Assembly (NCBI GenBank): GCA_036172245.1
Contig: JAYWIR010000010.1
Coordinates: 930,001 to 994,000, forward strand
Direction of reading: 5' to 3'
Length of the DNA: 64,000 bases
Source of the DNA: Raillietiella orientalis
Lineage: Eukaryota
The notes beneath the pieces are model-generated. The model had not been told where the DNA came from and searched no databases. It saw only the letters and a program-made list of their open reading frames with translations. Below are positions 37,844-50,199 of the stretch, piece after piece (within the stretch, counting starts at the first letter, position 1; the number at the start of each line of letters is the position of its first letter). Both the position numbers and the translations under genes were made by a program.

Positions 37844-37895
37844 AGAGAGAGAGAGAGAGAACAAAAAGACACACACACACACACACAAAAAAAAA
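37805..37895. repeat. Compound (CAA)/(CA)n/(GA)n/(CA)n microsatellite in the Lbx intron
   Basis: Directly visible. Confidence 0.95.
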
Positions 37896-38614
37896 TTCTG
37901 GGCTGGAGCTACGGAGGCAGCAGCAGCAACATTAGTTCTGTTATGCGGATTCCATTATAGAGGGAAAATCAATTCATATGTGTGAGGACAGCGCATCAAG
38001 TGCAGCGGGTCAGAAGTAAACAAGACGAATGGAACGCTATATTGCTTCCGGTTGTTTTCGCATGCATGACACGAGGCTAAAGGATTGGGCGGGGAGCGTC
38101 GGCCCAGGAGAGAATGTCTCCAAATCGGTTAATTGCACGAAATCGTATCGCGGGCCTTCCTGCTCAAGTGCTCCCGAAATCATTCCCCTCCGTCTGCCAC
38201 TTGTCTTTGGCCGGCTCCGCGTACGTGCTGACACCCGAGCACGGAAGGCGTTTGTTCCACGCTGTTTGTTAGCAGCCGTGTCTTCGCCCAATTTAACCCC
38301 CCAATGGCGAGCGCCTGGTCATTAATCAAGAATTTAATAAAAGACTATTATTTCGAGAGAACAGCGAAGACACATGATTTGCCCGCTGAGGATGATGGGA
38401 GGCAGAGAGAGGGAGAGGAAGGAGGGAGGGAGGGAGGGAGGGAGGGAAGAACCTGATACCGAGACCTCGGGAATCGAGTGATTTTCCGGAGGAAGGAGGA
38501 GGTGTGATCTGCCCTGGCGGAGGGGAGGGGGGGGGGAACCGGGAAAGAACCCGCACGCACCCCCAGGCGCTCCAGGCGGCGGCGCCCCTCTCTGGGCTTT
38601 TCGACTCGGTCGCC

Positions 38615-38927
38615 GCATTGTTGGCCCGCCGCGTGACGTCACCGCCGCCGTTGCGGGCTGCCGGCGCGGCTACGCTTCCCGGCGGAGCACGCGCGCCTTT
38701 CGGGAGATCCCCCCTCCCGTCCCCAATTTGTTTTCTAGCGCTTCCGAAAGCGCCGCTTCCGACACTCCCCGATCGCGCTTCCTTTGGCAGTTACATTACA
38801 TAGCCGCGGTGTGGCTGCAGGGGGGATCTCCCGCGCGGGCTATTTTTAGGAGGAGGCTAGCCTCTCTCCCCTCTCCGCTGCGCAACCTTATTTACCGCCG
38901 CCGCCATGCTGGGGTTTTAGGCCTAGG
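38615..38927. repeat. Intronic dispersed repeat family C, copy 1
   Basis: Collinear with 39778-40126: CATTGTTGGCC..GTGACGTCACCGCCG..GCGCTTCCGAAAG..CATTACATAGCCG..GGCTATTTTT..CGCCATGCTGGGG.TTTAGGCCTAGG. Confidence 0.8.
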
Positions 38928-38971
38928 CCGTGGATCGCTGATCGTTTTGTGTTGGGACGATCATTTTTCCA

Positions 38972-39011
38972 CGTGTGTGCGCGTGTGTGTGTGTGCGTGC
39001 GCACACGCACA

Positions 39012-39049
<38 letters not shown>
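38972..39049. repeat. (TG)n followed by (CA)n microsatellite
   Basis: A TG-rich run followed by a long CA run; the two are self-complementary. Confidence 0.9.
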
Positions 39050-39050
<1 letters not shown>

Positions 39051-39777
39051 CAATCATCGTTTTCGCTACCGTCAAGATGATGGATTTCAGTCAGTAACAC
39101 TTTCAGCTTGCTTTCCTGTTAGGCGCTCAGGATGTGAAATTTTTTCTTCTTCTCCTCCCCCCTCCTCCTTCTTCTCCTGATCCTCTCCCCCCTGTGCGTT
39201 CGTGACTTCGCGTGCGTGCGTGCGAACGTGCGTGTGTTTTCAAAAAAAGAAAAAAAAGAAGAAAAAAAAAAAAGGAACTCACTCCCGAAGCTCCACGTGT
39301 TTGCTTGCATCCAAGCTACGGTTCCCGTCCTGATTAGTCAAGGTTAAGAAAAAAAAAAAAAAAGGAATCGATTTCATACTTCTTCAATGAGTCATTCAGC
39401 AGAAGCAGCGGCGCGAGGATTAGCCGCGGTACTCTGGTTCTCAAAGGCTTCATCGAGATGATGCAAAATGCCCGTTCCTAAATCAAAATTAAATTAAAAT
39501 TTGACGCTTGCATGACTGAGCGTCACTTCCAGTCCTCCCCCCTCCCCCCGTCTGCTCCTCCCCCTGCGAGCACCGGCGCGGCAGAGCACGCGGGGCAGTC
39601 GTTCTGGTTCTACGGATGCGAATTTATGGGCACCCTCTGGGTATTCGTGGTGGTGGCCCCGTTGCACGAAATTTACGCTCGTCTCCCGAGATGCCCGTCC
39701 TGGAACCTGCCCGGGGTCACCGCAGCGGCGGGGAGGGAGTGTGGATGAGGTTCGAAGGCTGAGCCGCCGCCGGCCCT

Positions 39778-40126
39778 CATTGTTGGCCTCCCGAGTGACG
39801 TCACCGCCGTTGCGTGCTGTCCGCGGTGCCGTGCTTTCCGGCGGGCGCTTTTGGAAGGGAATTGCCCCCCCCCCCTCCTTCCATGCAAATTCCTCCTCGG
39901 AGTGCAGATGCACATCGGCGCACATCTTTCTAAAAGCGGGGACGGTCTCGGGCGCTTCCGAAAGAGCCCCTTTCGCCACTGCAGTCGCTCCCTCGGAGCA
40001 GTTCCATTACATAGCCGAGGCCCCGGCTGCAGGGGATCTCCCGAGTGGGCTATTTTTTGGAGGCTAGCCTCGCTCTCTCCGCTGCAGTCCTGTTCACCGG
40101 CGCCATGCTGGGGCTTTAGGCCTAGG
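39778..40126. repeat. Intronic dispersed repeat family C, copy 2
   Basis: Direct diverged copy of 38615-38927 with indels. A weaker partial match lies near 37440-37500. Confidence 0.8.
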
Positions 40127-42583
40127 TCGAGACCCGCAGCTGTGGGTCAGGAGGCGCTGGATGCGGAGAAGGATCCCAGTGGGTAGGGAGAGCGGAGGGA
40201 AGGAGGCGGTTTGGGTAAAGACGCCCTTCTCCTGGACCGGTTCTGGCCCCTCGGCCTGCTTCTCGCTCAGGACGCGCCGCGCCGACCTCCGGCGTTCCTC
40301 TGCTCGCGGGGGCAGTGCCTGCGCATCGGAGGCGTCCGGCTCTCCCGGAAGGGGGCAGGGGCGAGGAGCGCGAAAAAAAAACCGGGTCGACGGGAGCGCC
40401 TCGGCTTGTCGGAAGCTCGCGGGCACCACGTTGGCAAATCTCTCGAGCGGCGTTGTCAGGGGAGGAACGGGGAGGAGAGGGGTGGGGGAAGGAAAGGAAG
40501 ATCGAATGGCGCACCTGGAAGGGGCGCCGCCGCCGCATCCGCGAGAGGAGGAATCGCTCAAGGGAGGGAGCCGCGAGCCAGGGACGATCACTTCCCGGAT
40601 GCAAACCTCTTCCTCCCCGGCGGAAACTCACGTGTCGACACAGCCCCGTGACCCTTGTCATCGGTTCGCCCCGGTCACAGCATTTGTCCGCAGCCTGTCT
40701 TCGCCTGGGAGGGCGGACGGGACTTTCGCTCTTCCGGCCGTTCCGTGCGAGCCGCGCGGTGGTGACAGCGGAGCTGCGCCCGGTGGCGAAGAACGGCAGC
40801 AGCTTGGGAAACGTGCATTCTGCGTAGAAAAACGCGGGCCCATTGTTCAGGGACCCGGTCTGCCGCTCGCGGCAAGCGGGGGCTGCTGGGAGAACCGCAG
40901 CGGTCGCTCGTCAAGTCGTGCGGACGCTCCCGGGAACTTCTTGCTCCAAGCCTCCGCGCCCGCGGGGGGGCAGCGGCCCGCTGCCTCTTTGACGAGGGGG
41001 CGCTTTCCCGCTGCCGGCGCCACTCGACTGCTACTCAATGCGGGGCAGGGCTTTCCGAAACGGGGAGCAGGAGGGCAGCGCCCTCATGAGCGAGGCTGAC
41101 ACGTCCTCCAAACCGCTCCTGTCCGTTCGGCTGCCCCCTGGAGGTCCAGCGAAACTCGCCATGGGGGCGGGAGAGACTTGCGGACAAAGGGAGGACGCGT
41201 CCTTTGCCCCGTCCGGGGCGTTTTCTGGGAGGGAATTCGATCGCCAGCGGTCCCTCCCCCGGATTCCTCTCCTCCTCGCTCCCGCGCTGGCGAACGAAAG
41301 CTCCATTCGACCCCTTCCCGGAGCCGAGCGGCGGTCGAACGAACGCTGGACGTGCGGGGTGCGCTCTCTCGGAGGCAGGGGGAAACACTACGCGTAGGGC
41401 GCGACGCGCTCACCGCGGCTTGGACATTTCAAGCTGGAAAAAACAAGAGTTTTTCCTTTCTTTTTCGACTCCCTGATTTCTTCCCCTTCCTTTCCTGGAA
41501 TGCAAGCAGGCACAGCGCGGGCGAACGATGCAGCCAGCGAGGTGGTCAGCACTCGCGCGGAAGCCTTCCTGCTCCCGGAGCCGAACCTCCTCGGCGGGTT
41601 TCCCGGAAAAGGGAGAATCCCGAACGCGCCGCACGAGCTTCTCTGCTTCTCCCGGCTGCAGACGGCACGCGCAGGGCGCTGCCGGATCATGCCCCAGAAG
41701 GGCCTACGGCAAGGATGCCCTCTGCCGGGATGCACTCGCGGGGCAGCCCACTCGCTAATTGGATCCTTCGGCAGACCGCGCGCGTCATTCAGGGATGGAA
41801 ACGAAAGCGTCCTCGACGATCCCCACTGCCTGCATGCTCCTCGGGAGCCGAGGCCGATTCTCGGCCGCTACAGAAACGCACAGATTCCACAGATAAACAA
41901 AAACAAAAAAGCAGAAACTTTTTCTTTCATCTCCCAAAGCCGCAGCTTCCATAACTATGGCATTCATCAACAGAAAGAAAGGGGGAAGGGGGCAGTGGTG
42001 ATGCGCTCCGCAGGACCCATGTGTCACTCGCGAGGCGGTGGGGGACCTTGCTGTGTGTGGGAGGGAAAGAGAGAGAGAGACGGGGCCGCTCCCACCCTAT
42101 TGAGGCATCCTCTCTTCCCCTACGCGTGGCTCGGATCTCGGCCGGCGGTTTGCTGGGGTCGCCGCCATCCGAGGGGTTGGCTGTCCCTCTTCGGCGCTGG
42201 TCTTCCCCCGGCCCGCTCACGTGCACCCGCGCTGGTGGGTGGAGGTGACACCGGCCGCTGCGTGTGTGCGGTGCGAAAAAAAAAACACGTGTGCACGCGC
42301 GTGCGTGCGTGTGCCGGGAGCGCGGGGGAGGAACCGGCACGTTTCGTTCCATGCGTGCAGCCATCCATCTGCGAATGAATGGAGAGAAATTACCCGGCTG
42401 CTAGAGGAAAATACGATAGTTTGCTTCTGGTTGCTGATTTGGTACCTCCACGAGGTGTATTTTTAGATCGCTGTACGGAAAAGCATTTGATGGTGCAAAA
42501 AAAAAAAAAACCATGTCTTTCCGTAGCAAGCAGATTGATTGCTCTATTTTTTTTTTTAAGACTTCCCTTCATTGTCTTTGCAG

Positions 42584-43011
42584 ATAAATCCAAAGAGCAT
42601 CTCAGCATGTTCGAGAACCGCCAGCAGCCCAAGAAGAAGCGTAAGTCACGAACGGCGTTCACCAACCACCAAGTGTTCGAGCTGGAGAAGCGCTTCCTGT
42701 ACCAAAAATACCTAACGCCCGCCGACCGCGACGAGATCGCGTCGCATCTAGGGCTCACGAAGGCCCAGGTCATCACGTGGTTCCAAAACAGGAGAGCCAA
42801 GCTCAAGAGAGACATGGAGGAGCTCAAGAAGGACGTCCAGACAGCGTCCTTCATCTCGAGCCAGAAGGCCTACATGGAGAACTTCAGGAGCTTCAACTTC
42901 TCGAAGGAGCTGGAGTGGGTGAAGACTCGGATGTCCTGCGAAGAGCTGGACTTCAAAAAGAGTGATCCCGATGTGTGCGTCAGCAGGCCTACCAGCGTCA
43001 GCAAAGGATGA
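42584..43011 (+). CDS. lbx: Ladybird/Lbx homeobox protein, coding exon 2 (homeodomain 42637-42816)
   Basis: Acceptor TTGTCTTTGCAG|AT joins exon 1 in frame (G+AT=Asp). Encodes PKKKRKSRTAFTNHQVFELEKRFLYQKYLTPADRDEIASHLGLTKAQVITWFQNRRAKLKRDMEELKKDV, with the Lbx-diagnostic ITWFQNRRAKLKRD and the post-homeodomain EELK.DV. Stop TGA at 43009-43011. Confidence 0.97.
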
Positions 43012-43039
43012 GGAAGCGCACGACGGGCCCGTGCATGCC

Positions 43040-43392
43040 AATAAAGCAAGCAGAACTGACCCAGTGGATCAATGGTCTTCCATGGTGCAATTACTGTTTT
43101 GGATGTGATATATAAAATTCGTTACGAATTTCGAATCGCAAGGACAATCTGCCCCTATTGTAGGGCGTTCGGCAAGTGATGGATGTTCGGGGTACCTGCA
43201 CGAACACAGCGCGAAGCAAGGACCACACTTCCTCCACGGCGAAACCTTTGTCGCAAAGTGGTTTCGAAACTCGCGAAGACAAGAATTCCTTGACAACTTC
43301 CACGCAGTTGGCAATTAAAGAATTATATCTGTTGAAACCGAAAGAATTATTACCTCTGAACGAATTGAAGAAATAAACTCATTAACATTAAA
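43040..43392 (+). terminator. Candidate Lbx polyadenylation signals
   Basis: AATAAA at 43040-43045 and 43372-43377 and ATTAAA at 43387-43392, followed by T-rich sequence, in an AT-rich 3'UTR-like stretch. Confidence 0.55.
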
Positions 43393-46300
43393 CTTGTGAT
43401 TGCCTCACTTTATTATTTGATTACCCCCAGCATGCATGTAAGACACTCTCGCTAAGACAATCTCGCCTCGCCTTTCGTCTCAAATAAAAAAAAAAAAACG
43501 AAGGCACTGGAAAGGTCCATTCTTTCGTGCAGTCAGGGAGAAACAGAATGCTGCTCCTCTCTCTTCCCGTGCCATTCTCTACCTTTTTTTCTTCCTTCTT
43601 TCCTATTTTCCTCTTCCCGTAAGGGACGTCTTCGAATTCGAAAGTGCAGTCCGAGAGAGACCTGAGCTGGAAGCGACGTGCTAGGAAGCCCCAGAGGTGT
43701 CAGTGCTAGTGCGAAGCAATCCCGATTTGCCTGGACAGGGCAAGTTTCCTCCCCTGCCGTCGAGAAGGGACTCTGCCGGCTGCTGCGACCTCCTCTGCAA
43801 AACCGAGACGAATGCAGGCCTCCTTTATCGGCCGGGGTCCGTGAGAACTCGCTCCTCTCTCGCCGACTCGGAACAGATGCAAGGTCCCCCTGGGAATCTG
43901 AAATCCATCGCACCGGATCCCAGGCCGCCGTATCGCGGCACAAAAGTAGCTGGGATAGCATTCCGAGATGGAAAACGCGACGGACGGCTCTCGCAGAAAA
44001 CGGGGATATGAGCCGTTGTCAAACGACGTGCTAAAAAGAGCTACCCCCGTTGACTCTTTCCATAAACGAATTATCCACCTGTCCGAGCGCGTTCTTATCG
44101 TTCAAACGCGAATTCGTAGATCAAATTAGAGGAGCAATAAAGAAATTACCGCTTGTTTCGGAATAAAGCTGGCACTCCCGACTAGCAATGGCTGCTACGG
44201 TTGCTTAGGAAACTCCTGATTACTTTCTGATCAGCAGCGGTCAGTGATTGTTGCTCTCCGCCATTATCGCGCTTCAGGCATCCGCAAGGCTTCGGTAGCT
44301 CCTCTGTCAATCACGGTGCAACCAGTGTAAGAGAAATGTTGAGCAGGAGAACACTAAGCGAAGGGGGAGAGAGAAAAAAAAAAAAAAAAAAAAGGAACAA
44401 CGAGAAAGAAAGAAAAAAAAAGCTCTTGTTTACAATCATGGAACATACCTGGCTGCTCAGCGGATCAGGCAAGTCGTTCACTAATTTTTCAAGGATGCCT
44501 TTATTTCTGCAGCTTTTAACATGCGCAAAAAGTTAATTCCGTTCATGTGAAAAACAGCAAAAAAAAAAAAAAATTGGACGTTGGCGTAGGTTGTTTGAAA
44601 TGCAAGATGCACAGTTAATTGTTACCTGGTCACGCGTATTGGCAGGGCACCTGGCGTTTCGCATCGCATTCATCACAATCTGTTTGAAAGAGAGAACATG
44701 CCTTCACCTATAAATACGGTCATTTAGAATATCAGCGAATATATAATATTCTATTAAACGATAGGGGCCCTAGGAAAATCTAATTTATCAAGAAAACCGC
44801 TCAAAAACAGAGCACTCGGAGGGAAAGCAGCAGCTTCGCTGGTAACTTTCCGTATGCATGCAGTTCTTGGTAAAACATGTAAGAATAAACGGGAAAAACG
44901 AGCAGCTTGCTCGTAGCTAGTGATGATGAGTAGCTCAATTTAAAATGAGAGGCCCTCAGTTTGTGCGGGTGCTTTGAAATGAACTCGGGAGCGATTCCTC
45001 GTCCCCTTTCGTTCGTTTTCCTTTTTTTTTTTTTTTCAGAAAAAACTCCCTTAAAAATCATGGAAAATTCAGATTTAGGAAAATGCGAATCTGGATGCAC
45101 CTCGCCCGCGGCACAGCATCGACTCGATGCCGTGCATCACGAAAGCATCCTGCTGCATCGACGCAGGAGTAGCGCACTTGGCATTCCTGTCGGAGCACTT
45201 CGGAGTTCGGGTAGACACCGAGCTTGCGATCGCTTCCAAAAAACGGAGCCCTCCTTTGTTTCGCTCTTTTTTGGTGCATTCCTGGCTTCTCTTTTCCCGT
45301 TTTCCACGTTCCCTTTTTGTTCGTCTTACACGCGGACAACGGGTCGACTTTTCCTTCGTCGCTTGCGAGCCGGGCGTTGCAGGCCTTCCAGCACGGCGAC
45401 GGAGGCGAGCAGCTGCTCTTGCGTACGGCACGATACCAAGCCCGCAATCATCAAAGAGCTCCTAGTGCCGCGTTCCGGGTCCCGCCGGATTTCTATCGAG
45501 CCATCTCCGCAGCCTCGCTCTATGGGACGGCGCGGCGCGCCCGTCGCACGGCTTGGGGTTTTGCGGGAGGAGCCGAAGAGAGTCTTTTCTCGTCGCCTGG
45601 AAGTCGCCTGGGCAAAGCGCCGATCTTCCTTCGGCGTGCCTTCTCCTACCGCCGGCGGAGAGTCCGCTTCGTTTCGCACGGCTTTCGGCAGACACCCGCC
45701 GAAATCAAAGCAGGCCAATTACCATCCTTCCCGCGCGCCTCTCCGGTTTCCGCGCGATGAGCCCGCCGGCCACCCCGCTCACTCGATCCACTAGGAAAAT
45801 CTGAGCTGGAACGAAGCTGAAATCGCCGGAGCAGTTTATGCGTCCCGGGTCGCATAAATTGTCTGGGATGTCTCTGGAGCCGACCGAATTGAAGCTCACC
45901 TACAACCAGCGGTCCAAAATGGGAAGAGCAAAGCAGCCGAAAGAGGTCCTTTACGAGTCGGCCGGAATGCAGGAATCTTCATCCCGCTCGCAGGACCCAC
46001 CGGTCCAGAGGAGACTGCGAAACCACCACTCGGTTGCATCCAATGGATGAGAAGACGTGGTCACCTGATAAATAATCGATTTCGTGACGATGAAATCCAT
46101 ACCGATGAAATTCGTAAAAATCGCATGCTGACCGCTTCGGCTTGCTGCAAGTCTTTCGCCTACTCGTGCGAGAGTCCTTTAATGGCTGTGGGCGAGTCCC
46201 ACGAAGGTTCATCTTTTAGATGAGAAATTCCACATTTCTCGCGAGTCACCCGCCGATGCCAGCAGCAAGGAATGAATGTGTGAGGAGAGTTTGGAACCCC

Positions 46301-46899
46301 GTCCATTTTGTCGGTCTGCGCATCAACTCACGGGCATGCCGACCCCATCCAACGAATCCAAGTCTTCCGATTTGGGGTCTTGTGGTTTTTCGGGGGTTCT
46401 TGGGAACTCTGTGGATTGGGTCGGCTCAGCCCAATTCGTAGTGGGGCAGAAAGCCCAGGTTTCTTCTTCGCAACTTACACGGCGCGGAAGTCCTTGAGTT
46501 TTCCCTCATCCAATAATTCAAGTGACTACTGGAAGAAAGTGAGCTGTGACAAACACGCACCAATTCCGATGTCACATTTCCTGAAGCAGCACGCGGGGGA
46601 GTTGCAAACCAAACAGAGTCGATGCTTGTCGTTCTCCCGCCATCCGCAGATGAGTTGATTTCATTCGCTTTCAGGTGCCATTTTCTTCATGGTGTATTTA
46701 TGCATGCGCACGTATTTGAGACGGAACCGATAGCCCCACAAAGTGGCTCCTCTTCTGGAGGCAGCTTTCCCGCATCTCCTTACTCGGTTTCGAAATCCCA
46801 GTGGCTTCGCCCTCTACTTCGCGTTCCGCTACTTCAATGTTTTCTTGCTGCCACCGAAAGCACCTGCTTCGGGTCTTTGGGCTTGTCATTGATTTGTTG

Positions 46900-49050
46900 A
46901 GTAATGAGCCAGAGTAATGAGCCGTGTCCGGTCTCGTTCCTAACACAGAAGGACCACGCACTTCCAGAGCAAACAAAGGATCGTGAGGAAAGGTGATGAT
47001 TTCCTGCAGGCAGCTCCTCTAAGCTGCTGCTTCATGGCCATGGAACTTTCGTCTGGTGTTCCAAGAGAGGACGGACGTGCCCAGCACAGTCTGCAACGAA
47101 ACTCTTTTGCACTTTTGTCGCCGCAGCTTCTTTAGCTGCAGCGACAGAGGAGCGACTCTTTTCTGCTTCCTGCACCTTTCTTAAGCTGACAGAAACCACG
47201 TTCCTCCTTCAGTGGCTTGCAATACGAAAATCCCATCTCGGGTGCCTTCACTGACAACTCTCCCTTCCTCTTCCTCCTCCTTTCCTCCCTCCTTCCTTTT
47301 TCGTTCCTTCTCCTCTTTGACACTGCCTCCCTGTGATGCCGGCCATTTTGCTACAGAACGTTCTTGGGTGAGTACACCCTACGCACAGTATGGGTGAGGC
47401 GCCTGCATTCTACACGCTGCAGGTTTTAGAAGCTGGAGAAGTAGCCAAGTACTATCTTCGTCGAGAGCACATAAAGTGAAACCCACATCACCAGATTTCG
47501 TCCATCGTGGTTCGCGCACCTCTGTCTTCCATTCTTGGACACTTCTATCAGAGGCGAGTTTCTTGCCTCCATCGTCCTCGTGCATTTAGTGCGGGAAGAC
47601 GGAATACGAGCAACGAGAACATCCTAAAACCTCAAGAATTTCATGCCTCTGGCTGATCTTCAGTGACTTGGATGGCAGATCGCGAGTGAGAATTCGCTCC
47701 GCCCGCCTTCACGCATCGGAAGCCAATCTCCTTGAGACGGCGCGCTTGGGCCAAGCCCGAACAGCGAAGACGGCAGCAGGAGGCCGCGGGAATGTATAAT
47801 GTATTGCTCCTCTCCACCGCTCGGTCCAAAGCCAGAAAGCGGCTTTGAAGGGCCCTTCAGGCAAGTCAAACCCGCTGCGGCCATCTCCACGAAGACCGCA
47901 GCCTTGCTCTAAATCGGACAAACACAGGTCAAGGAAGAAATCATCCCCTTGTCATTGAGCCAGGGGAACGAGGGTTCCTACTGCCGGAAAGGTCCCCTCT
48001 GAAGAGGAGAATCCCTTCCCGGAGAGCGGCCTTCGATTTTGTTTCCTCCTATCTTCCCCCAGCCCTGGAGCCCGCGAGCAGCGCCGCGCCGCGCCGTCCG
48101 CTCTTCAGGATTGCCACAGACGGCTGCAGAGTGACCCTACAGGTCCCCACCGCACGCACACAATCGGGACGGTCGCTTCGACGACGCAGGGAACACTGGC
48201 GACACCGTCCTCAGCGCGCGTTCGAGCTAAGCGGCCGCCTCTTTCGGCTCCAGGCAACAAGTTGACCACAGGTGGCCCCTTGGCATGCACCAGAACCCGC
48301 ACTTTGGAATGGTGGCGCCAAAGGTGGGCTCCTTAGCGGGAGTCCCAGCTTCGAGTGTTCTGCAAAGTTTCTCTCTCAAGGCCCCCAGCAGCGTCCGTCC
48401 GCATTTGCACCGACTCTCTCACCTCCTTGCGCACTGCGGACATCCCGCTTGCACAAGTCGCTGCTGCGAGTCCCCTGCGCGTCTCAGAGCTGCACGCGGG
48501 CGCCCCGGCTGTAGCCGACAACGCAAACCCACTGGGACTTTTCCTTTCGAGCGACCGGTGATTCGTGTACGTTCGTGCGCTGCCCGCTTCCGAGGGCCAC
48601 CAATCCTTTCGAGTGCCACCGATCCCCTGAAGCTCCTCCCTTCCTCTCGAGAGTGCTCGACCGGACGCCGCCGCACCAGCTGGAACGTGGGAGGCTCCGG
48701 GCGCATAAAAGCGCTAGCAGGCACCGGGGTTTCTCGAACCGGAGGCGCGAGCCGCCGGAGCACTTCGAAAGCGGCCGCCGGGCGTCGCCACTCCCTCCAT
48801 TCTTGTGAGGTCGCGGGTTCCGGCTCCCTTCACACGGTAGTTCGGGGACGGCGCCTCCTTCCGGTTGTTTGCGGAACCACCTGTCCGTGTCCCCCACCTC
48901 CCGTGTCTCCACCACGGGGACGTCTGCCACCACGCCTCTCCTCTTCCTTCATGGCGCGAAGCTGGGAAAAACGGCGGCGGTCCACCTACGCTGTCAGGTA
49001 GGCATGATACTGGCCCGTGTCCAGACGGCTCCTGCGTGGAGGGTAAACGC
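46900..49050 (-). pseudogene. L1/Tx1-like LINE remnant (APE plus partial RT)
   Basis: Minus-strand ADVPVVET (cf. DIxxLQET), FYAP (48699-48710), CMPRG and TLCALDEDS. Confidence 0.45.
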
Positions 49051-50199
49051 GTCATGGATTTCGTGGCCTCCCGCATGGTGGTGCTGGTAAGGAGGTTGCG
49101 GGAGACCAGGCCTCCCTCTCGTGCCGGCGATCGGACGAAACCAGCCAACCGTTACCTGACTAAGGGTGATCGAGAGAAGAGCCAAAAGCACGGGAGGAGA
49201 TCTGCGAGGGGTGGTCAGACCACCGGCCTTGGTGGGTTCTCTCCTGTCTCTCGTTGCCTCCATCCCGAGCGGGATCGCGAAGTGGGCAGCATCCTCCAGT
49301 CAGCAAGTGACGCCGCGCATGCGACGCTGGCGGAGATAATCCGCGACTCGGAGAGGCGTCGTGGGCAGCGAAGAGCCGAGCACGCCATTAGGGAAGATAG
49401 CAGCATCTTCGGGTTAGCTCGCTTCTGGCTAGGAGCAGCGCTGCTGAGGTCTCTGAGGCGCCCTCGCCATAGATCCGACGGAAGGGCGGCGAACCAGTTG
49501 CTCACTCGCTTGTTTCGGGAGACGCTCGGTCAGGAAGAGGTCGGTGAAAATCCTGTACCCCACTCCGAGCGATGGGAGACCTCTTGTTTGCTCTCTCTTG
49601 CTCCTCTCTGCGCTCTCTGTCTCCCTCTTGGCGTCCGCCTTCGAGATCACGAAAAGGCGGGAGCCAGGATCCGAACCCGCCGCCGCCGTCTCGGAGGCGC
49701 AGAAGCGCGCAGGCGCGTCGGCCGCACCACGGCACTCTCTGACGGGCCAGTCAGAGGGGGGACGCTCACCGGGAGGAAAGATTTCCCCATGACTTCGCTA
49801 ATTAGGGGGGTCCTTCCTCGTGCCGCCGAAAAGGCGCCGCGCTCAGAAGCCGCTCGGACCGATGGCTAATGGGCGAAACCTCATTTGGCCAGCCTAGTCC
49901 GGCCGCGCGCCCAGCCCGGGGCGCGGAGAGATGCGGTCGCGCTTGCCGGGTGGGGCCTCCGTTTAAAGGGGCAACCACTCTCCGCCTTTGTGCTGAGCCC
50001 CGGAGCGGGGCTTGATTACGGCGATTTGCCCCGTCTCCCCACAAAAACGGAGGGTTCGCCCCCGTCAGGATCGTGGGCGGGGAGGAGGAGGAGCGGACTG
50101 CTGATGGCCGTGGTCTAATCGCTACGGTGTGACCGCCGGGGCGTTTCCCTGGAGCGGCACGTCGGCGGATGGAAAGGCGGTGCTCTCGCTCCCGTGGAG

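Larger units (their letters stand above)
36396..42583 (+). other. lbx: Lbx intron (6188 bp, GT-AG, phase 1)
   Basis: GTAAC at the start, pyrimidine tract plus CAG at the end; the reading frames of the flanking exons match. Small internal exons cannot be excluded. Confidence 0.85.

Noticed and set aside
36438..37935. Long ORFs on both strands within the Lbx intron
   Set aside because: They begin or end in microsatellites and have no recognisable domain.
42379..42583. Upstream part of the 210-aa homeobox ORF as a standalone gene start
   Set aside because: It contains poly-A/poly-T intron sequence; splicing from exon 1 fits the phase and supplies the Lbx motifs.
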